Shown here in pieces: positions 24,387 through 36,864 of a stretch of 51,687 bases of DNA. Source of the DNA: Octopus bimaculoides (taxonomy: Eukaryota); assembly GCF_001194135.2 (NCBI RefSeq), contig NC_068999.1:29598147-29649833 (forward strand), in the 5' to 3' direction. The position numbers and the translations under genes are program-made. Numbering within the stretch: the stretch's first letter is position 1; each line of letters begins with the position of its first letter. Below the pieces are notes generated by a model. That model was given only the letters and a program-made list of their open reading frames with translations. It made no database searches and was not told the DNA's origin.

Positions 24387-25514
24387 CTGAAATTGATAAA
24401 AAAATTTTTTTTAAATGAATCAGTATAGACACAAGTAGATATTTAGTGAATCAATCATTCTATTTTGTTATCATAAGTTTACAGTGTTTGTATCAGTGAA
24501 GGCATCACAACAACAATTACCATTAATAGAATAAAGACTGAAATATTAAATAAAAAGTATATTCTGGAATTATGTTTAAGTACATAAACTAAATTTGATA
24601 CATTCTATAAGTTGGTTTTAAGAGAATCAGTAGAAAAGACCAACTGACACAAGATGCTTGCTGCAACTAGAAACTAATAAAAACTGATGTTGAATCATAT
24701 GTCCTCTAATTTTTTGATACACAACCATTACTCAAATTCAATTAAAAAGAATTTGATTTCATCTTGGAAAATTTGTGTGCATACATTTTTTTCTTTCCCA
24801 CTTGTAAAACAGGCGTGCGTATGCACAAGCACCAAGCTTAGAAGGAACACTGCATAGGATATGGTTCAATTTGAAATATCATTTATTTTGAAGCAAAAAC
24901 AGGGAAAAAATAATGAAATCTGAGTTGTCAAGTGAAGGTTGAATCTATTTTCATACTGTTTTTATACTCAGTGAATAACACTTGCCACTAGAAGCATACA
25001 GACATACAAAAAAGCATAGCCATCACTTGCAAAGTATGACTTGACAGCAACATACCAATGCTTTTGCTAATCTCTTTAGGTGCCTATGTAGTTGCATGCA
25101 GATTGTTATCATTTCAGTCTTGCTAACCTTGAAGCAGTAGATTGTCCAGAATGTAACAGCTGATGAGTGACAGAGCTGCACAGGTAATCAGCAAGTACTT
25201 ATTTTTAGCTAAGTAGACTGAAGCAACATAAAAATCAAACTCAGGACCATAAGATCATTTGGTCAACACACACAGCCTAACCTTCAAATATACACATGAA
25301 TTCTAGAGCGTCTTAAATAGTCATACACACACACATGCATTTCTCTCTGTCACATTCTAACCTTTTATCATCTGATACAAGATCACCTCCTCCAATGCCC
25401 CTTCCTCTATAGCAAGACACCTGTTTCTGCCTCTGTCACCTTTCATCATCTGACACAAGATCCCTTATCCAATGCCCCCACCCCTCTCAGAATTCCTTGT
25501 CTTACAATTTGGTG

Positions 25515-25790
25515 ACCATGCCAGTGCTGGTGCCACATTAAAAGCATCCAGTCCACACTGTAAAATGGTTGGCATTCAGAAGGGCATCCAGCTGTGAAAA
25601 TCATGCCAAAATTGACCCCGTCTGTGCTAGTGCCATGTAAAAAAGCACTCAGTCCACTCTTGAAGCAGTTGGTGTTAGGAAGGGCATCCAGCCATAAAAA
25701 CCCTGCCAAAACAGACACAGTAAGCTTGGGTAGTTTTCTATCTGGCCAGCTCCTGTCCTACATGGAAGAAGGATGTTAAACGATGATGAT
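25515..25790 (+). mobile_element. RTE-tail element with duplicated 3' module and (GAT)n end
   Basis: Two GAAGGGCATCCAGC modules; ends GTTAAACGATGATGAT. Confidence 0.7.
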
Positions 25791-25844
25791 ATATATGTAT
25801 ATGGATATTTAAATCACTCTACAATTCATATGTGGATATGTATC

Positions 25845-26360
25845 ATCATCATTATTTAACATCCACTTTTTCATGCTTGCATATGTGAGATGGGATTTGT
25901 TGAAACAGGTTTTCCATGTCCATATGCCCTTCCTATCACCAATCCTTACTTGTTTCCAAGTAAGGTAATATTTCCCCACAGTCAGGCATGTATTCACAGA
26001 ATATTGGGAATTAGGAAGAGCATCCAGCTATTGAAAATCTGCCCCAGTAAACTCTATCCAACCTATGCCTATGCACGGGTAGAAAATTGCATGTTAAAGT
26101 GATGATTATGATGATGATGATGATGATGATGAATGACATTCATTTACAACAAATACACAATGATGTCATGACAAAGAGACACAAAGATACAAACACACAC
26201 AAATATATATACAGCATACTTCTTTCAGTTTCTGCCTACCAAATCCACTCACAAGGCTTTGGTCAACCTGGGACTATAGTAGAAGACACTGCCCAAGGTG
26301 CCACTCAGTGAGATGAACCTAAAACCAAGTTGTTGAGAAGCAAACTTCTTAACCACGCAT
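25845..26360 (-). mobile_element. Composite SINE: tRNA/CORE-like head, internal (CA/TA) microsatellite and RTE-type (GAT)n tail, interrupted by a plus-strand tail at about 26030-26140
   Basis: Head GTGGTTAAGAAGTTTGC...GGCACCTTGGGCAGTGTCTT. Tail ATATTACCTTACTTGGAAACAAG...AGGAAGGGCAT...GATGATG. Confidence 0.7.
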
Positions 26361-26385
26361 CAATGATTGTGCCTATACACATATA

Positions 26386-27672
26386 CAGGGTGTTTGAGCT
26401 AAATTGGGCAGTTTACATAAAATAAAAAGAAAACATAATATCCCATACAAACACAAAGTATTTTAAAATATAAAAAAAAGTATCAACTCAATTATGGCTG
26501 GGAGAAAGCAGTTTATTCAAAGTAGCTGCCCTCAGCTTCCACCATGATCTTGAGACAGCTCCAGAACTTGGTGCATGTGCTTCTGTGTTCCTGGGAACAT
26601 CTTTTAAACACCTCCTTGATCTTGACCACAAGCTTGGCCTTGGTGTTTCAGGCAGAAATTGATGTTTTTTAGCTGTGCCCTGCACATAGTAATCCATGGG
26701 GGAATTAGGAGGCCAGAAATTGAGGCTGGTGAAGTCATAAAAATTCTCTGGTAACCATTTTCTACTCTGTCTTGAAGTATGGCAGGGAGCTATATCCTGC
26801 TGCCACACATATGGTCTTCTAGCAGCAACCCTCTCCAGCCAGAGTTTGACCAGTCTCCAGCAGCTTCACATAGCCATCTGAATTGGGCCTAAGGCCCTAT
26901 TCAAAGATCTGAGGTGGCATGGCATCACCTTCATTGGAGACACTGCCAAAGACTATCACAGCTTGGAGTAACTTGGTTTTCATATGTGGAACATCACATG
27001 GATTGTAGGCAAGTCACCTGCTGTTCTGAGTGTTGTGCAATTTGTCCTGCAGATGTTCTTTTCATCTGAGAAGAACCAAATTATACCTGGCTTAACAGAA
27101 TACCTTAGCTTGTTCAGGAGCTTCTTTGCTTTTGTCAAGTGGTTCTCCAGGACCTTGACTGTCAGAATTTGTCCCTTGTGTCTCTTGTACAAGTGGTAGC
27201 AAAAGTCTTCATTCAAAGCCAGTTGATTCATGGAAGCTACTCCAACACCCATTCCTCTCACCAAAGCCCAAATTTCCTTCACTGGATTTTCCATCACCTT
27301 GTCCTGCAGTTGTTGGATAAATTCTGGCATCCAGGTGCAATCAAAACACCCATTGTGTCCCTTCCTGCTGATCATGGCTTTGCAGTCCTCATTACAGCTG
27401 TCCATGTCATATCTTACAGCCTTTACAATGTTCACAGAGCATTGAGCAGCAGTCATGATGTCGGCACTTTGATAATCAGTGTGAATCATCATGATACAGG
27501 TAACGCTTTTCCAATATTCAGATGGTTTCCAGTCCTCCATATCAGCTAACTTTTTCTCAACTACAATTTTAATCTTTATGCTGTCCAATACTGTTGACTG
27601 ATCACCAATACATCAAGCTGTTCTTGAAAAAGAGAAACATAAAGTATTACCAAATTGAGCCCAAATACCCTG
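26386..27672 (-). mobile_element. Tc1/mariner-superfamily transposon, maT/DD37D-like, defective
   Basis: 23-bp TIRs with 19/23 matches (CAGGGTGTTTGAGCTAAATTGGG at 26386; reverse complement at 27650-27672), TA at the left flank. Transposase motifs WFFSDEKN, WQQDIAPCH and FWPPNSP-MDYY. Confidence 0.88.
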
Positions 27673-27682
27673 TGTATAAAAC

Positions 27683-28292
27683 AGGTGTCTTCTACAATAG
27701 TCCTGGGCTGACCAAAGTCGTAAGTGGATTTGGCAGACAGAATCAATGAATGAATCAATCAATCAATCTATCTATCTATCCAGATAATATTACCATCCAG
27801 TGAAGCAAACATGGTATTACCCATCAGAGAAATTTACAGCATGAGTGACAACTCCTAGTAGTCATAGACATTAACTACGAATTGATATCGTTAACCATAT
27901 CCTGCAACATAACTGAGAGTTAGCTATCACGGTATCCGTCCAGATAATATATCCCTTTAAACTCACACACACACAAGGGTATATGCAAACACACACACAC
28001 ACGTGTGTGTGTGTGTGTGTGTGTGTGTGCATGTTTATGTGTATTTGTATGTACACTTGTCTATACACCATGTGATAGTTGTAATGAGCATGATCAACAG
28101 ACAGGCAAGATTATTCATTTCTAGTCTTCTATGAAAAGCATATCTAGCTATGAGAAAATATTACCTTGCTTCAAAACAAGTGAGGATTGACAAAAAGAAG
28201 GGCATCTAGCCCTAGAAAATCTGCCTCAACAAATTCTGTTTAACCTGTATAAGTAAGAAATATGAATGTCAAATGATAGTGATGATGATGAT
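27683..28292 (+). mobile_element. Composite SINE relic (CORE-like head fragment, microsatellites, RTE-type tail)
   Basis: Head fragment GTGTCTTCTACAATAGTCCTGGGCTGACCAAAG. Tail ATATTACCTTGCTT...GAAGGGCATC...GATGATGATG. Confidence 0.55.
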
Positions 28293-28409
28293 ATAAATTT
28301 CTGTTGATACCTATAAATATATGTAGATATATTTATACATATATGCACACACACACATCCTCATCATCATCTAGTCTCCTTTTTGCCATATATAAATATA
28401 ATTGAGCAG

Positions 28410-28930
28410 GAAACCATGCTGCTTTTGTGGAAAACATTTGTCTTTGGTCACCAAAGCTGCTGCTCACAACTAAGGTCACCTAACTGTATTAAACTAAGAG
28501 CAGATCTAGAAACAATCCAACAATGCTTCACAAAGAAGACTGTCTTGATGTAATAGCAAAGCTATTGGAAGTGATTGGAAAGCATTAAAATTCTACTTAC
28601 TGGAAAGATATGCAATTATCTATACATGGAAGACCCATGAAAGGTGCATGCCAAACTTTGGTATTGAGAGCGATACTAATTGCTGAACTGGATGTCACTT
28701 CATAGTCCTTAAGGTCCCACCCTCCTATGGAAAATCAGGATCATATACTGCAACAGTCTAGGGTTCGAAAACCCACAGCTTTACAATATTTTGCGAAAGA
28801 AACTGAGAAATGGAGATGTATTCAAAAAACACCTGGATAACCTATTATCTGTGACACCAGAGAAACCAACATCACAATAAGAAATGCAATTGAGAGCAGT
28901 GGCATCACACTCCCTTGTTCATCAAAAGTT
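28410..28930 (+). mobile_element. CR1-clade LINE 3' fragment
   Basis: Frameshifted RT C-terminus: LWKTFV, LRADLETIQQCFTK, RYAIIYTWK, IYCNSLGF, VFKKHLDNLLSV. Confidence 0.7.
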
Positions 28931-30062
28931 AGGTATTGTTGAAGCAGTATGACTTGTATATGCTGTGTGGCCAAAATCCTCAAACTAAAAAATGTATACA
29001 TATACTAACACACACATACATACACATATAAGCACACAACACAAATCACCTCAGTATGTTGACCATGTATTTTAGCCAGAAGGTATTATTCTAGGATTAC
29101 AATTAGTAACAAATTATTTCCTCTATCTCAGTTCAACAGAAAACAATGAAAAATTAAACTAACATTGAAAGTACTTCAAAGTACTTGACAGAAAATTTAT
29201 ATCTAAATACTATCTAATGTTCTAAATGACAACAATTAATTGGTGTCCATAATGAGAAATATTTTTGTAGTAATGATGATGATTGCAATAATAATTTTAC
29301 TGAAGTCCTGAAATTTAGTAAAAGATAGTCATCTCATCCTAAACTATACCATGATCCATATTTTATGTCCTAGCTATGTTCCATCAGCCTAATGATTGTC
29401 AACAAGCAAGGCTTATCTCATGTCTATGATATCCTATGCCTCTACAATATAATGGTTATTTACAATTGGATTGACTGCTTACAAGTAATAAAAAAAAGTA
29501 CCCTTATGTGCTAATAAATAGTACAATACACATAGTGATATTATAGTATATCTACTGATATATACTATAGTGATATTACAATATATCTACAAATATTACA
29601 CAATATGGAAAGTGATATTACAGTATGACTGCTGACAATACAACTGTTAATACAGTTTGCTATCTCATTTACAGAGTAATTATCAACATTGAGTTTCGCT
29701 TAATTCTAAATTACCCTGAGAAATTTAGACATATTCAATGACATTAATTAATATTCTGAATAACAGTCACAAAATCCCATTTGGAAGCAGCAAGTTGTCT
29801 GTATGTGTGTGTAAAAGAAAGAGGGGGAGAGAGAGAGAGAGAGCCTTTATGCATGGATACTGAACATAATGTTTGGTTTAAGGGAGTTACTTCTGCCTCA
29901 CTCACATTTTCAATATTTGCAGTGAGATGGAGAGAAAAAAAGATATTTGCACTGATGTGATACTGATTTACAACACAGTCTCTCACACATTTTCACTTTG
30001 TTTGTCATGAACTATTGAGTACCATCTTCTTTGTTGACAAACTAGATTATTTGAGTGTATTC

Positions 30063-30069
30063 ACACGCG

Positions 30070-30159
<90 letters not shown>
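30063..30159. repeat. (CG)n(CA)n microsatellite
   Basis: Read directly. Confidence 0.95.
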
Positions 30160-30163
<4 letters not shown>

Positions 30164-30314
30164 GAGCAAAGCTTCATGTCAGGAACTTTAAATTATAGTA
30201 TCCAAGTGAGTAGATATTAATTGAAGTGTGGTATACAGTTCTATATTTAAGAGAAGAGGTATTATGTACATTATTTACATTTGACGGATATTTGTCCTCA
30301 TCTTGTTTATTGTG

Positions 30315-30360
30315 AGCACAATGTTTCGGCTGATATACCCTCCAGCCCTCTTCAAGTGTC
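30315..30360 (-). ncRNA. Degenerate minimal hammerhead ribozyme (PLE family 1)
   Basis: GACAC-UUGAAGA-G-GGCUG(10)CAGCC-GAAA-CA-UU-GUGC; C3 is mutated. Confidence 0.6.
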
Positions 30361-32031
30361 TTGGGGAAATTTCGAACCTGGGTTCTCTTTCCTAAGGTAT
30401 TTTTCGATGTTATTATTATTATTATTGTTGTTCAGGTCACTGCTTGGAATCTAACTTGGAATCTTGGGGTTAGTAGCCTGCACTCTTAACCACTACGTCA
30501 TATGCCCATGGGCAATTATGGAGTAAATTTTAGGGCTTATAAATTTAATATTCTCCTATCCTTCCTTAATACCGGTTCCCATATGCTGTTCATATCTGCA
30601 CTCAGTCTGCTTAGGAGGTTGTTGTGTTCTAGCATATGTGCTGCTTCATTTAGTTTTCGTATTTTCCAGTGGTGTTCTCTGTCTATTGTTTTAACTTCAT
30701 CCCACAGGGGGATGTGGTCTCCATTTTTCCATACATGATCAGCTTTACCCAATTTATCAATATCTCCTCATGTCACACCTTTGCAATGTTCATCTACCAT
30801 TATTTTGAGGGGGTGGCATGTTTCGCCTTTGTATAACCTACCACAGCTGCATGGAATGGAGTACACACAGTTTTTGGTCATATTCTCTTCTATTGGTGGT
30901 TTTACTCGAAGGAGATATTTGCAAAGTGTTGTATTATTCTTGAATACTGTCCTGATGTCATATGGACTGCATATCTTTTGTATCTTTTTGGGGAGAGGCC
31001 TTTCACATAGAGTAGACAGACTGTGGACAGTTTATTGGCCTCATCCTCTCTCTTCTTCATAATTGGAGTGGATAGTATACTTTTGGGATAGTTGTTGCTT
31101 AAGAGATCGTTATTGAGCTTGATCATTTCTTTATGGTGTGTATCACGATCGCTACTTATATTCTTTGNNNNNNNNNNNNNNNNNNNNNNNNNNNNNNNNN
31201 NNNNNNNNNNNNNNNNNNNNNNNNNNNNNNNNNNNNNNNNNNNNNNNNNNNNNNNNNNNNNNNNNNNNNNNNNNNNNNNNNNNNNNNNNNNNNNNNNNNN
31301 NNNNNNNNNNNNNNNNNNNNNNNNNNNNNNNNNNNNNNNNNNNNNNNNNNNNNNNNNNNNNNNNNNNNNNNNNNNNNNNNNNNNNNNNNNNNNNNNNNNN
31401 NNNNNNNNNNNNNNNNNNNNNNNNNNNNNNNNNNNNNNNNNNNNNNNNNNNNNNNNNNNNNNNNNNNNNNNNNNNNNNNNNNNNNNNNNNNNNNNNNNNN
31501 NNNNNNNNNNNNNNNNNNNNNNNNNNNNNNNNNNNNNNNNNNNNNNNNNNNNNNNNNNNNNNNNNNNNNNNNNNNNNNNNNNNNNNNNNNNNNNNNNNNN
31601 NNNNNNNNNNNNNNNNNNNNNNNNNNNNNNNNNNNNNNNNNNNNNNNNNNNNNNNNNNNNNNNNNNNNNNNNNNNNNNNNNNNNNNNNNNNNNNNNNNNN
31701 NNNNNNNNNNNNNNNNNNNNNNNNNNNNNNNNNNNNNNNNNNNNNNNNNNNNNNNNNNNNNNNNNNNNNNNNNNNNNNNNNNNNNNNNGCTGATCATGTA
31801 TGGAAAAATGGAGACCACATCCCCCTGTGGGATGAAGTTAAAACAATAGACAGAGAACACCACTGGAAAATACGAAAACTAAATGAAGCAGCACATATGC
31901 TAGGACACAACAACCTCCTAAGCAGACCGAGTGCAGATATGAGCAGCATATGGGAACCGTTATTAAGGAAGGATAGAAAAATATTAGAATTATAAGCCCT
32001 GAAATTCACTCCATAATTGCGCACGGGCATA

Positions 32032-32086
32032 TGGCGTAATGGTTAAGAGTGCAGGCTACTAACTCCAAGATTTCGAGTTCGATTCC
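32032..32086 (+). promoter_or_regulatory. tRNA-like Pol III A/B-box promoter inside the PLE pLTR (copies also near 30460-30500, 35203-35258 and 37715-37770)
   Basis: A box TGGCGTAATGG at 32032-32042 and B box GAGTTCGATTCC at 32075-32086, about 36 nt after the GIY-YIG stop at 31993-31995. Confidence 0.75.
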
Positions 32087-32177
32087 AAGCAGTGACCTGA
32101 ATAATAATAGTAGTAATAGTAATAATAACATCGAAAAATACCTTAGGAAAGAGAACCCAGGTTTGAAATTTTCCCAA

Positions 32178-32223
32178 GACACCTGAAGAAGGCTGGAGGA
32201 TATATCAGCCGTAACGTTGTCTT
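32178..32223 (+). ncRNA. Minimal hammerhead ribozyme copy (A13U), retaining the ACGU palindrome
   Basis: GACAC-CUGAAGA-A-GGCUG(10)CAGCC-GUAA-CG-UU-GUCUU. Confidence 0.65.
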
Positions 32224-34104
32224 AACAACAAACAAGATGAGGACAAATGTAAATAATGAAGTGTGGTATGTCTGTGTTTAATCAGTGGTACTGGAGTGTT
32301 TAGATAGTTAGGAATTTGATAAGCCAAAAGGGAAGATGATTCAGTGAAAGAAGCTTGCTTAAAAAGATATGGAGTCTAGGTATTTGTAGACATAACTAAG
32401 CCATGTTAAAGGAAATACATTAGAAACTGAGAAAGCAGCTAAATTTCTCGTGTCTAGATATTAGTTTACACTCCCTTCTTGTTCTCTAATAACTAAGAAT
32501 GCTGGATAATTTCTCTCAATTAAACACTGAGAGTTGAACTGTGTGTCAGCAGGAAATCCCACAAGAATACCAATATTAAAGAATTTTATAGAGGAAGTCA
32601 TGTCTACATCCAGCAGATATTAACTTTTTACATTTTGAAATCTTTGAATTCTCCAGAAAAGCTGTTACAAATCAATATATAGAATAACATCAGGACAAAT
32701 TCTAAAAGGGTTATGGATGTCGCCAAATGAATTTGATATCAGACAGCATAGTTCTCCTTTTAAAGCTAACAAGTAAAACTTAGCCAAAATGTATGTTATG
32801 AAAGAAAGAAATATATAATCAATTTGATGGTGGTGCCTCAGCAAGGCTACAACTCAAAGGCTGCAGCTGTTAAAAGTCTACTTGGTTTAGTTCTTCTCAG
32901 ACATCAGAGTCTCAACTGCAAGAAAAGGACTTTTTATTATCAGTCAAAATAATTGATTCATGAACTTTGGTTCCTGAATAATTCCAGACACTAGAATTAA
33001 CAGAATTATAAAGAAAGAGATATATAATTATTAACTGGACATGCTTGGTATTGGCTTTACTGATTTTTTATAACTAAACATTACTATGTGATATCAATTG
33101 TAACTTAGAGCTAGGACTTATTGATGGACACAGTCTACCATTCCATCATCAATAATCACAACATGACTATATCAGCAACAACAACATTATCACCTCATCA
33201 ACAACACTAATACCACATTTTCATAATGATAGGATCAGCGACAAATCCTGCTTCCTACTACCACCAAATCAGCAACACTAACTAATCAATCAGTGGTTTA
33301 AAACTGGGGGAAAAAAATGAACTGGTGATGTTTATTTATACAGCTAGTAAGTCAACCATCAACAATACAATGACCATGAACACCAATAACACAACCACAA
33401 CTATGAATATCATGATCAGCAACACTGACATTTGTCTATTAAAAATCAATTAGAAGTTTAAAATTGTTTGGTAAAAGAATAAACTAATCACTGGATGTAA
33501 GAGATGTAATACAACCACCAGTAACATAGACACCATCACCATAACAACAGTTCAATGTGGAATGACATCACTGAGGGAGAAGTGTGTGTGTGTGTATAAT
33601 GAGTATTAGTGNNNNNNNNNNNNNNNNNNNNNNNNNNNNNNNNNNNNNNNNNNNNNNNNNNNNNNNNNNNNNNNNNNNNNNNNNNNNNNNNNNNNNNNNN
33701 NNNNNNNNNNNNNNNNNNNNNNNNNNNNNNNNNNNNNNNNNNNNNNNNNNNNNNNNNNNNNNNNNNNNNNNNNNNNNNNNNNNNNNNNNNNNNNNNNNNN
33801 NNNNNNNNNNNNNNNNNNNNNNNNNNNTATATATATATATAGATATGGGTATATAATGAGTATTAGTGTTATTATTTACTCGATTAAGTAGCAAGCTAGG
33901 AGAATTATTTGAACACCGGAGAAGTACTTTGCAGCATTTATTCCTATACTTAACATTTTGAGTCAAATTTCTGTCACGGTCAACTTTAACATTTACCCCT
34001 CTGGGGTTGATAAAATATACTAACATTCAAGTATTTGAGTTGATGCTATCAATTAACTTCAATCTCATGCCAAAATATGAAATGATAAAATAAAAAACAA
34101 ACAA

Positions 34105-34283
34105 AATTGTTAGCATGTTGGACAGAATGCTTAGCTGCCTGAGTTCAACATTGCCTTTCGACCTTTCAGGGTTGAAAATAAAGTGCCAGTCAAGTAGTAC
34201 TGGAGTCAATGTATTCAACTAATGCTCTCCCTCTAAAACTGCTGGCCTTGTGCCAAAAATTTGAAACCATTATTATTATTATA
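34105..34283 (+). mobile_element. Meta-like SINE ending in (ATT)n, the target of PLE insertion 2
   Basis: TTGCCTTTCGACCTTTCAGGG...GGCCTTGTGCCAAAAATTTGAAACC(ATT)n. Confidence 0.7.
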
Positions 34284-35428
34284 ATAGAGTTCTATATTTA
34301 AGAGATAAGGAATTATGTACATTATTTATATTTGACGGATATTTGTCCTCATCTTGTTTGTTGTTAACACAACTAAATAAAGCCATCCATACAGTTCATA
34401 TTGGAAAAGGGAAAAAGGAAAAAGACAATCAGCCAGCATTCCTAGACATATCAAAAACATGCACCAAGTATGGATTCAGGACATCCGTATACCACAAGCC
34501 GACCTTCTCTGGACGATACCTCAACTTCAATTCCCACCATCCATACAGTGTAAAGAGAGGATTAATAACAATCTATTAAGCAACAACTCAATAAAAATCT
34601 ATTAAGCAACAACTACCCCCAAAAATATACTATCCTCTCCAATTATAAAGAAAAGAGAGGCTAAAACCAATAAACTATCCACAGTCTGTCTACCCTATGT
34701 GAAAGGCCTCTCCGAAAAGATACAATAGATATGCAGCCCATATGACATCAGGACAGTATTCAAGTGTAATACAACACTTCGCAAATATTTCCTTCGAGTA
34801 AAACCACCAATAAAAGAGAACATGACCAAAGACTGCGTGTACTCCATACCATGCAGCTGTAGCCGGTTATACAAAGGTGAAACATGTCGCCCCCTCAAAA
34901 TAATGGTAGATGAACATCGCAAAGCTGTGACATGAGGAGATATTGATAAATCAGGTATAGCTGATCATGCATGGAAAAATGGAGACCGCCTCCCCCTATG
35001 GGATGAAGTTAAAATAATAGATAGAGAACACCTCTGGAAAATACGAAAACTAAATGAAGCAGCACATATGCTAGGACACAACAACCTTCTAAGCAGACTG
35101 AGTGTAGATATGACTAGCATATGGGAACTGGTATTAAGGAAGGATAGGAAAATATTAGACTTATAAGCCCTAAAATTCACTCCATAATTGCCCACGGGCA
35201 TATGGTGTAGTGGTTAAGAGTGCAGGCTACTAACCCCAAGATTCTGAGTTTAATTCCAGGCAGTGACGCGAATAATAATATTAATAACATCAAAAAATAC
35301 CCTAGGAATGAGAAACCAGTTTTGAAATTTTCTCAAGACACCTGATGAAGGCTGGAGGGTATATCAGCCAAAATGTTGTGTTAACAACAAACAAGATGAG
35401 GACAAATCCGTCAAATGTAAATAATGTA
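34284..35428 (+). mobile_element. Penelope-like element insertion 2: inverted tail, RT C-terminus, GIY-YIG and pLTR
   Basis: FLDI...VYHKPTFSGRYLNFNSHHPYSVK, VCLPYVKGLSEKI, and DCVYSIPCSCSRLYKGETCRPLK...EHRK. Inverted tail at 34288-34373. 16-bp TSD CATTATTATTATTATA at 34268-34283 and 35429-35444. Confidence 0.9.
35337..35382 (+). ncRNA. Hammerhead copy with CpG-type mutations (G12A, C15.2U)
   Basis: GACAC-CUGAUGA-A-GGCUG(10)CAGCC-AAAA-UG-UU-GUGUU. Confidence 0.6.
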
Positions 35429-36832
35429 CATTATTATTATTATATTCAACTCTCATAATGTGAAGACATGCTTATCCTTTCAAAACATTTATTTAAAACA
35501 TTGCCAAATAAAATTTTCTTTGGAGTACTAGAAAAGAAAAAAAAGTATAAAATTGTCTAAGAAAGAGGGAGTTGCCCTCAATCCCTGTGGGGTAGACAGC
35601 ATAAAAACAAAAATTTACTTCAAAAATATTTAAAATTCTATTTCTATTCTTTAAATGTTTCACATCCAAAATGGCTACCACATATAATTATGCCACATGG
35701 TAAAACACTACAAGAGGAAGAAGAAAAGGACAACATAGTGAACATTTAAGAGAAGAAAATGTCCCAAATGCTCAGAAATCCTTTTGAAGATAACAATACA
35801 GTAGCAATAGTGACTCTTATCTAATTCCAAATTTTGCAGCCTGTTCATATAATAGTGAAGTGAATACAAGTATGCCTTCAATGCAAAATGAACAAACAGA
35901 ATTATTGAACTTATCACAGTACTAATAAAAAAATGTAGACAGGAAAATTTTGTAAAACCTGATAGAATTTCTTTGCCATAGGACACTATCCAGGAGAGGG
36001 AAAAGAGAAAAATCATATACTTCTGCTGATGAGAAAGTAGAAATGGATTAAATTTTTTATATCAAGTGATACATATCTTCCAGTACATATCAAGAGATTA
36101 TCTTAACTGAAAAAAGCAAAGTCATGGTATTATCTGCTGTACTTTAAAACAGAAAACAGCCAAAACACAGGCAGAAATTGTCAGACTCTGGCTATACATC
36201 TGTGTCCCAGTACTAGAGTCACAATAAGAGACATTGGACATGATGTAGACCCCTGGCTAGTAGTGATTTTTGTATTGCAGTACAGGAGAGTGCTCAAAGC
36301 AAGTTTAAGGAAAGGTCTCAAATGAATTTGCAAGTTCTAATGAGCCACACTAGAACTGTGTCTAGATTGGTGATACAGGCTTGAAGTCTAGTTGTTACAT
36401 TTGTCAGAGTAAACCATAAGGTTAATCTTGGCATTTTCAAAACTCTTTAAATTGGCAGTACCTTGAATATAATATTTTAATGTGTCACATATAAATCATA
36501 AACTTTAACTATGACTAAGCAACATCTCCTTTACTTATATGTCATACTGATGAAATAACTTCTACATGGTTATTTCACCTGCTAGAAGTATTAGATTCAG
36601 AAAACTGAAATGGCTTAATTAGAGCTGATTGGGAAATATGTCATGTTCAATTCAAAACTTCTCAGTAGAGTTAGTGACAAACTATATACTATAATAACTT
36701 AAGTATCTTTAATGACAGACTATGTACCTGAGTACTGTTAATAATAGACTATGTACCTGGGTAATGTTAGTGACAGCACATGTATCCTAGGACTATTAAG
36801 GGTAACCTATGACTTCAGTTAAAATAACAGTG

Positions 36833-36864
<32 letters not shown>

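Larger units (their letters stand above)
30235..32256. mobile_element. Penelope-like element insertion 1: divergent inverted pair (minus arm 30235-31167, plus arm 31789-32256)
   Basis: Both arms carry the GIY-YIG C-terminus (ADHVWKNGDHIPLWDEVKTIDREHHWKIRKLNEAAHML) and a pLTR. 13-bp TSD TGAAGTGTGGTAT at 30222-30234 and 32257-32269. Spans a 621-N gap. Confidence 0.85.

Noticed and set aside
31092-31793. Long ORFs in the track that run through N gaps (also at 17000-17745, 33568-34026 and 50847-51309)
   Set aside because: They are artefacts of translating Ns and microsatellites.
32032-32100. Functional tRNA gene (also considered at 35203, 37715 and 49225)
   Set aside because: A/B boxes are present, but there is no acceptor stem or complete cloverleaf, and the sites are embedded in repeats.
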